From contig CM059432.1 in NCBI GenBank assembly GCA_030390025.1, positions 133,240,001 to 133,304,000 of the forward strand: a stretch of 64,000 nucleotides of DNA, written 5' to 3'. Of this stretch, positions 10,738-20,099 are shown piece by piece. The notes beneath the pieces are model-generated. The model searched no databases and was not told the origin of the DNA. It worked only from the letters and a program-made list of their open reading frames with translations. A program made the position numbers and the translations under genes. The DNA is from Squalus acanthias (Eukaryota). The stretch's first letter is position 1. Every line of letters begins with the position of its first letter.

Positions 10738-12648
10738 CTACTTTTTGCCCTTCGAGGGTGATCTCCTTCCCTTGCGCACTTCCCCCCTTCTAACCCTACT
10801 GCTCCTCCGTAATGGGACCTCAGTGGCTGCAGCAAGGCTGGTGGAAGGCTGCTGCTTGTCAGACCCTGACACTGCAGATGCCCCTGAAGGACGGCCTCGA
10901 CCACTTCTGGGCCTGGAGGGCCCGGCTGCAGACTGCACCAACTCTGCATGGGCGGCAGCAGTCTGTCCTACAGGCGGTGGCAAGTGCAGTGGAGAAGTGA
11001 CAGTGTTGGCAGCAGGAATGCTGTCATCGTGAGAGAGGACAGCAACTCCCTGCTCGCCCGACACACTGGCACTCCCACGGGGCAGCACTTCAGCATCCGG
11101 AGCAATTTGCCTGAGAACAGATTGCTGGCCTGCTGCGGCGCGGTGACAGCCCCGGGGACATGTGCACGAACCATCGAGGATGGCAGCAGTCAGTGCTCGC
11201 GTGGCCTCAATCTGAGTCTGCATGAGAGCAGGCTCAGATGGGTTCCTGGCAGCCAGTGACTGAATTGCAGCAGTAAGCTTTAGTGTGGCATCCGCCTGTG
11301 CTACAGCGAAGTGCTCCACACTCCTTGCCAGTGCCTCAATGCATTCGGGCACCCTTCCCACTGCACCCATGAGCTCAGTGTGCATGACCACCGCCTGGCT
11401 GTTCATTTCTGCAATCAGCCGCTCCTCCTCTGCGTCCATTGCATTAGGAGTGTCTGGCATACTCTCCCTCTGGGGAGAAGGCTCCCGTTCTTCCCTCCCC
11501 CCCCCCATGGCGTTGCTGCAGCCCGCTGGGTCCTGGAACTTCACCATCATCAGCCCCTTCCCCCCTGCTCCCCCGTTCTTCCCTCCCCCCCCCATGGCGT
11601 TGCTGCAGCCCGCTGGGTCCTGGAACTTCACCATCATCAGCCCCTTCCCCCCTGCTCCCCTCCGGGGAAGGCGTGTTCCCAGTGTGGCCATGGGCTTCCT
11701 CGGGAGAGGGTGGCACTGATGCTCCGGCTTCCTCTTCCTCCTCAGCTGCAGCATCACTCCCAGTGGCAGCTTCAGGGACCATCTCCTCAGCTGGTGAATC
11801 ACCATCTGAAAGCAGGGAGGTACAAGAGTGGCTTTAGCGTGAGGACAGGGTGGCAGTAAGGGAGGAATAAGTGCAGCGAGTTAGCAAGTTGGATTGAAAG
11901 TGTCAAAGGCTGGTATTGTGAGGGACAAGTGGAAGGACAGAGGACAAAAAGGTGATGACCTTACCATTGCTGTCCACAACGGGGTCGGCGTCTCCAGTGG
12001 CGACGGGACCGATCACCCGGCTTGCCACAATCCTGTGGACGCGCTCCTCCAGATCGCTGAGGGGTTGCAGCTGAAGCCGCCCTCCACCCGTCCGTTGCTG
12101 CTGTCTCCGATTATGAGCCAGCTTAGCCTGCAAGAAAAAGGACAGCATCTGAGTCAATATACAGCCATGGTCTTGCCTGATGTGCCTCCCATAGGTGAAT
12201 AGCCCTTACAATATACAGCCATGGTCTTGCCTGATGTGCCTCCCATAGGTGAATAGCCCTTACTGTATGCAAAGTGTGGAATGTGTGTGTGTGTTTGATG
12301 AAAGGGCCATAGGTGTTGGATGAGTGTTGTGCATTGGGGTTTTAAGACCCTCTGGCCATAGAGTGAGGTTGAGATGGAGGGATGGAGAGGTATTGAGAAA
12401 AAGCCACTCACCCTGACGACCCGAGTGAGGTCGTTGAACTTTTTGCGGCACTGGACATGGGTCCTGGGCACCATGCTCCTGGAGGAGACGCTCTGAGCCA
12501 CCTCCCTCCACACTCTTCTGAACTCGCGTGGCAAAGGCCTCCTGCCACTCTCTGGGAACAGCATGCATCGTCTGCGCTCCACTGCGTCAACCAGAGCATC
12601 CAAGGCCCGCTCGGTGAAGCGATGAGCGCGTTCTCTCACCCTCTCCAT
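10738..12648 (-). CDS. Harbinger second gene: Myb/SANT-like (trihelix) DNA-binding protein, 3 exons (12648-12412, 12127-11965, 11805-10738), with one +1 frameshift in a C-run at 11497-11506
   Basis: ATG in gccaagcATGg; exon 1 encodes RFTERALDALVDAV...WREVAQSV...RTHVQCRKKFNDL; donor GTGAGT at 12411, acceptor tcctttttcttgcAG at 12128 (phase 0, giving RVVR/AKLAHNRRQQQRTGGG); donor GTAAGG at 11964, acceptor cctccctgctttcAG at 11806 (phase 1). Dropping one C gives a 488-aa product ending at 10738. Confidence 0.85.
11484..11660. repeat. 87-bp tandem duplication in exon 3 of the Myb-like gene
   Basis: Two copies encoding GSRGEGADDGEVPGPSGLQQRHGGG...; identical apart from C10 (11497-11506) versus C9 (11585-11593). 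Confidence 0.92.
12155..12263. repeat. 54-bp perfect tandem duplication in intron 1 of the Myb-like gene
   Basis: CAATATACAGCCATGGTCTTGCCTGATGTGCCTCCCATAGGTGAATAGCCCTTA starts at 12155 and again at 12209. Confidence 0.93.
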
Positions 12649-13008
12649 GCTTGGCAGCAAAATGGATTACAGGTCTCTCCAGGCTGAGATTCAAGGCTGC
12701 AATGAGCAGGGTGTGGCTGGGGAGCAAGTGGCCCCCCCCGCTTTAAGAAGTATCCGGCGCCAGTGTGTCTGTGTTCCCTCGCTAACTGGCAGCAGCTGCG
12801 CTACGCTCGTGCGCTGAGTTAGCGCCTCACTCCTAGGCCTTTGCGCCTTAAGAGAGGTGTGCAGCGCCTAATTTAGCGCTCCACTCACCTCCCGGGGCGG
12901 TAAAAGTGAAGTTTCCTGTCAGTGCCGATAATTAGCGCCAGGCGCTAATATTTGCGCGCGGACGATATTTGCGCCCCAAATGGGGCGCGACCTAATTTCT
13001 ACCCCTCA

Positions 13009-13165
13009 ATGTTTTCAAGGGAAGACTGAATAGGCACTTGAGGGAAATAAACTTGCAGGGCTATGGGGATAGAGCGGGGGAATGGGACTGACTGGATTGC
13101 TCTACAGAGAGCCAGCATGGGCTCAATGGGCTGAATGGCCTCCTTCTGTGCCGTTATGGCTCTAT
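13009..13165 (+). mobile_element. CR1 LINE 3' fragment, second part (ORF2 end, 3' UTR, start of tail; tail continues at 13788-13795)
   Basis: Encodes NVFKGRLNRHLREINLQGYGDRAGEWD*, followed by the UTR motif GGGCTGAATGGCCTCCTTCTGTG and a GACTCTAT-type octamer tail. Confidence 0.9.
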
Positions 13166-13784
13166 GGGGGAAAAATTGAGTCGCGACCCCTTTGGGGCAC
13201 TAATTTCACCGGGGCGCTACTTTTAACGCCCCGGAAAAATTAGCGCCCCCGCAGCCGAAATTGAGTGGTAGTGCCCCAAGAGGGAAGCGGGACGCTACTG
13301 GAAGGGGAGGGGCATTGCGTAGTGCGACCCAGGGCCCAATTGGGCCACCGGGGATCGAAGTGCCGGCAAAAGAGCCCGGCACTCAATTGAAGTGCCGGGC
13401 TCATGGAGCGCAGCCGGCACTCCGCGGGGGTGCTGGTCAGGAGGCCGGAGACGGCAGCGGAGGCAGGTGCTGGCAGGCGGCCAGCAACAAAAATGGCTGC
13501 CCGGCACCTCGCCTTTAAATAGCCATCGGACATAGCGACCGGCGGTAAGTCAGGGGGCGCTACCGAAGATCGCGGCCGGGGCGCGAGCGGGGCGCTAGCA
13601 CGGCGATTACATCATCGCCGGTGGCGCAACACCGCGGGGCGCTAACGGTTAGCACCGCTGCTAACCTCCCGCTGAATTTTGCGGGAGGCGTTGGCAGCGC
13701 CGCGCCTGGGCGCTAGTTGCTTTGCGCCCTTTTCACGTCCTCTTAGGGCGCTAACGAGGCGCAAATCAACCAAATTTTCCCCCC
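13166..13784 (-). mobile_element. Non-autonomous Harbinger (MITE), 619 bp, inverted relative to the adjacent autonomous element
   Basis: Termini GGGGGAAAAATT and AATTTTCCCCCC; TAT duplicated at 13163-13165 and 13785-13787; each end resembles the opposite end of 8771-13005; many GGCGCTA motifs; CpG-rich; no recognisable coding sequence. Confidence 0.9.
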
Positions 13785-13936
13785 TATGACTCTATATGCT
13801 CCCAACCCCTTTCTTTGACTACACTGTAAATGATCCGATGTTCAGGGAACCAACAGCATTGTAGATACATGAAAATATAAATACTAGGAGCCAATCCCTC
13901 ACATTTGCAATGGACTCTTCTCATTGCACAGTAGAG

Positions 13937-14389
13937 GTGTCAACTGTGGTCAGTGGTAGCTCTCTTGCCTCTGACTCAGAAGGAAGTCCCACTTCAGGAA
14001 CTTGAGTAAGACATCCAGGCTGACACTCCAGTGCAGTACTGAGGGAGTGCTGCAGTGTCGGAGGTGCCGTCTTTCGGATGAGACATTAAACCCAAGGCCC
14101 CATCTGCCCTCGCAGGTAGACATTAAAGATCCCATGGGACTATTTGAAGAAGAGCAGGAGAGTTCTGGCCAATATTTATGTCTCAAGCAAGATGACTAAA
14201 ACAGATGATCTGGTCATTATCACACTGCTGTTTGTGGGAGCTTGCTGTGCACAATTTGGATTCCACGTTTCCTCCATTGCAACAGTGACTACATTTCAAA
14301 AGTATTTCATTGGCTGTAAAGCACTGTGGGACATCCTGAGGTAATGAAAGGTGCTACAGAAATGCAAGTCTTTCTTTTCTTTCTCTTTT
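13937..14389 (+). mobile_element. tRNA-derived Deu-domain SINE (SacSINE1-like)
   Basis: A-box-like TGGTCAGTGG; core GGAGGTGCCGTCTTTCGGATGAGACATTAAAC...AAAGATCCCATGG; tail AAAGGTGCTACAGAAATGCAAGTCTTTCTTT; homologous copies at 55174, 62000 and 63770. Family name is from recall. Confidence 0.85.
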
Positions 14390-15049
14390 GAATCGAGAAC
14401 GGCGTGCAACAGAAACGTGGATTGGGAGAGAGCGGTGCACATAGACTGCTCCCCTGAGATGAGAACCATTTTTAAAGGAACTGTAAAAGTACCTTTCTCT
14501 GTAAACTATGAACATAAATGGTGTACAGTGGCACTGAGTGTTGGGGCACCAGCACCACCACCAGAATGGAGGTTCAAGACCCAACTCTGCTGAGTTCTTG
14601 ATATCAGCTATACTCTATGGGGAGGTTTTGTGGAGACCAGGCCCTCTTCCCACAGTGGGATGAAAAACTCAGAGGATCAACCATTACACTCCTAGCAGTT
14701 AGCCAAAAACATTTAGCCTACCAACGCGCCTAGTTTTCACACACTTCACTAGTTGTGCAACCTTACCTTGCAAAGTACAACTCCACTATTTTAGCACTGT
14801 TGTACTTTTTAATGAATGCACATGGTGTAAATTTTACACAGAGGCAAACTCTGGTTTGTTTCATGCTCCTGTGGAAGCTCATGGATGGTAGAATTAGCTC
14901 CATTGTTTGGTTGCTTCTGAACAAATTATTCCTACCGATGGCAGAAGAAGCTGGTGCCTGGCCAACAGCACTGGAAATGAAGTAAAAGAGGGCAGCACTC
15001 TCAGTGTAAGCATCTGTACGTCTGGTTGTGCAGTTCCAAGATGTGGCCA

Positions 15050-15266
15050 CAAAGTTCTGTACATTTTCTGGGCAATTAATGAATGTCAGATCAAGACAAG
15101 TATTGCCTCTTGCGGCTTCCTTGACGTACTGTTTCAAGAAGCAGTCATCCTCTGGACTTAGCTCTGTTTCGGATATTCCCACCACACTGTAATTCCCTAC
15201 TGCCACAACAACCTCTAGTTCTAACACCTTATTTCTAATACTACTAGCATTCATGTATATACACAC
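15050..15266 (-). pseudogene. Degraded CR1 ORF2 N-terminal endonuclease fragment with an internal deletion
   Basis: CIYMNASSIRNKVLELEVVVAVGNYSVVGISETEL (NARS and ETW motifs) joined to FLKQYVKEAARGNTCLDLTF (compare YLDQYVEEPTREQAILDWV in the 887-aa ORF). Confidence 0.75.
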
Positions 15267-15657
15267 CTTATTGATTTTCCGTATCTTGCATCCCCAGTGT
15301 TTGCTTATTTTTGGTTACTGGTTCATGTGTGTCTCTCTTGGGTATCTTTTGACTGCCTTCTACTGTACAATTTGTCAAATTTGGGATCCAATTTCCTCCC
15401 TCCCATCTTCTCCCTATCTAGTTTAAATGATTTTCTGTTGATGCGTCAATGTTGCGCACAAGTCTCTTTGTCCCCATTTAATTTAAGTGTAGCCCATCTC
15501 TCCTGTACCAGTCCTTTTTATTCTGGAAGGATGCCTAGCTTTGAAGGTGGCATTGTTGTACTTACAGCATGCTGCCAGATACTCATTTATCTCCTCTGTT
15601 TTTTTGGTGAACTCCACTCCTTTCTCAAATACTGGAAATATACCAGAGAACTAGAGA

Positions 15658-15842
15658 CACATCGTCGCTGGGTCAAATTCCTGGAACTCCCTACCGAACA
15701 GCATTATGGGAATACCTTCATCACATGGACTGCAATGGTTCAAGAAGGCGGCTCACCACCATCTTCTCAAGAGCAACTAGGATGGGCAAGAAATGCTGGC
15801 CTTTCTAGCAACGCCCATATTCTGAGAATGAATAAAAGAAAA
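15658..15842 (+). mobile_element. 3' end of a second LINE family (same family as 53925-54375)
   Basis: CATCGTCGCTGGGTCAAA is shared with the minus strand at ~53935-53952; ends in GAATGAATAAAAGAAAA. Confidence 0.75.
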
Positions 15843-15874
15843 CATTACTTTGTATTCTCTATCTTTGAGCCTTG

Positions 15875-16030
15875 AGCAACCCTCATATATGAGGCTTTTA
15901 AGGCCACTATATTCTTTCTCTCTATGTCATTTACCCTGACATGGACCACTACCATTGTCCTATGACCTGCTCTCAATACTCCTTCCAACCTTTCCTCAAC
16001 ATGTAAAAAATTCCTTGAGTCAATGATCCA
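15875..16030 (-). pseudogene. Degraded CR1 ORF1 esterase (SGNH-like) fragment
   Basis: HVEERLEGVLRAGHRTMVVVHVRVNDIERK resembles the CR1 ORF1 VVVHxGTNDI motif; correct strand and position upstream of the ORF2 fragment. Confidence 0.6.
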
Positions 16031-16102
16031 TTTTTCTTTCCAACTCCCTTGTTGTCTTATCTGATTACTGAAACTTTGCACTGTTTGGGAGGCTTTGAGA
16101 AA

Positions 16103-16203
16103 AAAAGACTTGGATTTATATAACGCCTTTCATGACCTCCGGACATCCCAAAGTGTTTTACAGCCAATTAAGTACTTTTTGAAGTGCACTCACTGTTGTA
16201 ATA
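16103..16203 (-). mobile_element. Deu-SINE 3' tail fragment
   Basis: Reverse complement of the tail at ~14280-14375. Confidence 0.75.
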
Positions 16204-16799
16204 TCGAGGTTTCCCAGTGGCAAAGCATTGCCCCATTCCAGTTTACCTCTGTTACCGATTTTGATAGCTTCCAATCATCCACTGTGCCTTCTTATTGTGC
16301 TGTCTCCAGCATCTGCCCGCCCTGATGTTGGTGGCTTTATTGTTCTTGTCGAAAGGTTCGTGGAATCCTCCTGGGAGGCAACTGCGCCTTTTCACTGAAG
16401 GTGCCACATCTGGGCTTAAAAATGGACAGTTAACAGCAATCGGATTCTGCTTTAACATTCTTTCGCTTTTAATATCTGTAGATTTTTGTTTCTTTGAATA
16501 TTTATTTTCAAGCAGTGAGTGCTGGTTCACAGCAGTTATAAGGCCAACCGTGCTGGTTGAGCTGAATTAACAAGCACAGTTGAAATGACACAATTGCTGT
16601 TGGCCCCTGGGTTAATGACTGTATTTGCTGATGTTAATTCAGCTAATTCGCACTGTTGGGTTCAGTAAGTCCTCTGAGCCATCGCCCTGACGTAACCTGT
16701 GCTCGATGTTTAAACATCTAGCAAAATACAATACAAACTCTAGCGGTAAATATAAAGTTGCCATTTGCATTTTGTTGCCTCCAATTATTACTATTTCCT

Positions 16800-16935
16800 A
16801 TGGAAACAGATTGAATAGTAACTTTCAAAAGGGAGTTGGATAAATACTTGAAGGGAAGAAAATTGCAGGGCTATGGGGAAAGAGCGGGGGAGTGGGACTA
16901 ATTGGATAGCTCTTTCAAAGAGCCGGCACAGGCAC
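16800..16935 (+). mobile_element. CR1 3' end fragment
   Basis: Encodes TFKRELDKYLKGRKLQGYGERAGEWD*; similar to 13009-13120. Confidence 0.8.
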
Positions 16936-17095
16936 AGCCGCCAATGGTGGAGCGAAGAAAATTGGGGTTGCGTGAGTAGCCAGAATTGGAGGAGTGCAGA
17001 GTTCTCGGAGGGTTGTGGTGCTGGAGGAAGTTAGGGATCGGGAGGGGCGAGGCCATGGAGGGATTTGTAAACAAGGATGAGAATTTTTAAATCGA
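16936..17095 (-). mobile_element. L2-clade LINE 3' fragment
   Basis: Reverse complement of ~21615-21780 (TTTAAAAATTCTCATCCTTGTTT...CCATGGCCTC...CTCCAATTCTGGC). Confidence 0.8.
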
Positions 17096-18170
17096 GGAAT
17101 TACAAATGCACTGAAAATAACATTGGTGCAAACATTGTGGGGAGCTGTCCATGTTAGCACATGAATTGCACCAGTGCAGTAATCTTCATCACCATACATT
17201 TAGTTCGAACAATTCTTTCTTTAAAAATAGAAAATGATTTGTGCATATTATTTATGATGGTATAGTCCAGATTAAAAACCTTAGCAGATAAACTCGTAGA
17301 AGGGTTTACTGTTTTGGGACATATCTTAAGCATTCCTACCTGTCGCTTAATATTTCTGACTTCATCAGTAGATACATCAGTTGGAGTTTTTGAGTTATAT
17401 CAACTTTCTTAACCTATCTGGGAAGCTTGCCATAGATATTTGGAACTGGACTTCCTTATTAGATGCCTATAGAGACAAGCTGGTTAAAATGGTCTAAACC
17501 ACACAGGACAGGAAGCTTTACATTCCATCAAATCACATTAACGACCGATGTATAACTTAAACCCAGCATATGCCCTTATACGCTCAGTGTACAAAGTCAA
17601 TGCAGGGTTTAAAATGTGCTTTAAAATGTGCTTTGCTCATCACTGTAAATGCTTAAAGTTAATTGATTTTTTTCATAACAGTGGTTTAATATATTTTCAT
17701 TTCTTCATATTTTCCCCGTCCCCATTTTTTCATCTATTTTCTTTTTATCTGTCTATTGCATTTTTTGTTGTTGTTCCCAATCCAGTCTGGAGGTCAGGAT
17801 AGCGACATGATTATTTCTACGACTGACAATCCCTGTCACTCCATTAATGGCATCTAGGGGGCAAAAGATACTGGAAGCCCAAGACAAAGGGCAACGCAAA
17901 CAAACAATTTCTTCTCAATTTACAAAGCCCTACCTCCACAAAGCATCCCAGTTGATGTCCTGGTCAAGCACTGATATTACTCAAGTGGCTGAAGTAGGTA
18001 AGCCCTGGAGTTCAAGCCCGCTCACACATTCGACGTAACAGGTCCTTTATTTCCTGAGTTCACGGATGCCTTGGCATGAGCTTTTAGGAATAATCCTATC
18101 AACTTTGACTGAAATGAATGAGAACTTGAAGAAATAGTAACAAAGTAAAATGGCTCAATGGCACAACACT

Positions 18171-18460
18171 AACAACTTGCATTTATGTAGCACCTTTATT
18201 ATAGGAAAGCATCCCAAGGTGCTTCACAGGAGCTTTATCAGGCAAAATTTGACACCGAGCCACATAAAGAGATATTAGGACAGGTTCTAAGGAGCGTCTT
18301 AAAGGAGGAGAGAGAGGTAGAGAGGCGGAGAGGTTTAGGGCAGGAATTCCAGAACTTCGGGCCTAGGCAGCTGGAGGCACGGCCGCCAAATGGTAGAGCG
18401 ATGAAAATCGTGGATGCGCGAGGGGCCAGAATTGGAGAAGCGCAGATAGCTCAGAGGGCT
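18171..18460 (-). mobile_element. L2-clade LINE 3' end
   Basis: Reverse complement of ~21690-22010, including the AAATGCAAGTTGTT tail. Confidence 0.82.
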
Positions 18461-19024
18461 GGACACTGTAACAGAAGGACAACAACCAGTATTTTCTGTC
18501 CACTTGACGGTTGCTTATTAACAGGAGTCAATTACAACAGCAAAACTCTTGAGTATCCTGGGTAGCATCAGTCCTGGGGCACAGACATTTGGAAATATCC
18601 AACGGGCCAGGCTCCCAATGAACATCAGCATGATGTATTCCAGCTTGAATAGGGTAACCATTCATTAGCTAAATTCTTTTCAGATGACAGAGCAAATTTA
18701 AGATGAACTGTTCGGATGTGTGTGATACCATTCTCCCTCCTTATGCACCATTGAGAAACAAATGATCTTTGAATTGGCTTGTGAGTGTTTTGAAATGTCA
18801 CATATCTTCTTCGTGAATTAAGCTGGATAAAAATAAATCATGTGCATCAATAAGGAAAGCCCAGCATGTACTATATATATATATCATAAAATAAACCATG
18901 GTCAATGGAAAGCAGAAACTTGTTTCTCTAATGTTGTGTATAATGCTTTATTATTTCCAATAATCATAACCATTATAAGTTGTTAACATTAGTTTGGCTA
19001 TATATAATTCAGCTAATTTAGGAC

Positions 19025-19165
19025 CATAGAATTTTACAGCACAGAAGGAGACCATTCGGCCCATCTTGCCTGTGCCGGCTCTTTGAAAGAGCTATCCGCT
19101 TAGTCCCACTCACCCTATTTCCTTATAGGCCTGCAATTTTTTCCTTTTCAAGTATATATCCAATT
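19025..19165 (-). mobile_element. CR1 3' end fragment
   Basis: Reverse complement matches 16835-16935 plus the GGGCCGAATGGTCTCCTTCTGTG UTR motif. Confidence 0.78.
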
Positions 19166-19751
19166 GTGACTGAAGTATTACTGATATCTTTATCTCTCCC
19201 CTCAAGGCAGTGACATTTCCGGTGCCAGCAGCCCTATAATACCTCACCCGTGACCATTTCTCATGTGAGCCTTAGCAATAAAAAATGAATGATTCCAGGT
19301 TATTTGAACATGGTGGGGGGGGGTGGGGGCGGTTGGCAGGGTACCATTGCCAAGCCCAATCCTATTTTCAACCCATTTACCATGATTTCCCCCTCATTTC
19401 GATGTTTCCACTCCTCGTCTGTGTAAAACACGCATCTGGGGGTGCTACATGACAAGAAGGTGGAAAAGAATTTAAAGTGCCCCAAATCAACATTGATAGT
19501 ATCTTATTTCTAACCCATTTTTTGGAGCTATGTAAAAATTTCTTTGCTGCCGCAAACATCTTTTGAAGCCTGCTTTTGTGCCATTTGCTGTGGTGCTGCT
19601 ATTTATTTCCCCTCGCTATTTCACACAAGTCACAATGCGCTTCCCAATGGGAATCCCCCTGTATTTTTGCCTTTTGGAGGAAGAAGAGGAGCAACTGAAG
19701 GATGTCAGGCTGGTCAGATGGCATTTGAGATGCATTGCACCCACCTGCTGG

Positions 19752-19984
19752 TACCCCCACACCAGAATATGCAGGGAGAGGGATTTATCAGAGCCGCAAT
19801 GCAAAGGCTTTGCTTTATCAAGGAAGCTGTCGCTGAGTTATACCATATACTGCAAGAGGACCTGAATCTTACCCTGCCAATGCCTGTTAAGGTCACAAAC
19901 GGCCTTAACCTTTATGCTCGGAGGTAATTTCAGGCTGCACTGAAAGACTTCAGGGGACACCACTAACATTCGCCAGTCAGCTGT
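19752..19984 (+). pseudogene. Fossil Harbinger transposase N-terminal fragment
   Basis: YPHTRICRERDLSEPQC / QRLCFIKEAVAELYHILQEDL...LPMPVKVTNGLNLYARR*FQAA / GDTTNIRQSAV aligns by eye with YPPRVYREQ...SEELCLRRLRFSKEVVTELCHLLQPDL...VKVTVALNFYATGSFQAAVGDLANISQFAV; has frameshifts and a stop. Confidence 0.8.
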
Positions 19985-20099
19985 ATTAAGCAAGTTACTG
20001 TGATTGGCCCTTGATAAGCTACGGGGAAGCTTACTCTTTTGCCGGCTGAGGAATTTATTCATTCACCAGTGCTCCCTTCTGTTTTGCAGTGATATAGTC

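Larger units (their letters stand above)
8771..13005 (+). mobile_element. Autonomous-type PIF/Harbinger DNA transposon, 4235 bp
   Basis: Left terminus GGGGTAAAAATT (8771), right terminus AATTTCTACCCC (ends 13005), 11/12 inverted match; TCA duplicated at 8768-8770 and 13006-13008; removing it restores the CR1 frame (VEAETL/NVFKGRL); contains transposase and Myb-like genes. Confidence 0.96.

Noticed and set aside
10738..11805. The 355-aa ORF as a standalone gene
   Set aside because: Its ATG directly follows a splice acceptor; the first third is out of frame with the spliced gene and is joined only through the C10 run.
9600..11859. Antisense and alternate-frame ORFs over the Harbinger genes
   Set aside because: Shadow ORFs of GC-rich coding sequence with no recognisable motifs.
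15297..15875. 192-aa plus-strand ORF
   Set aside because: A chimera of antisense CR1 relic and a LINE 3' UTR, with a non-ATG start.
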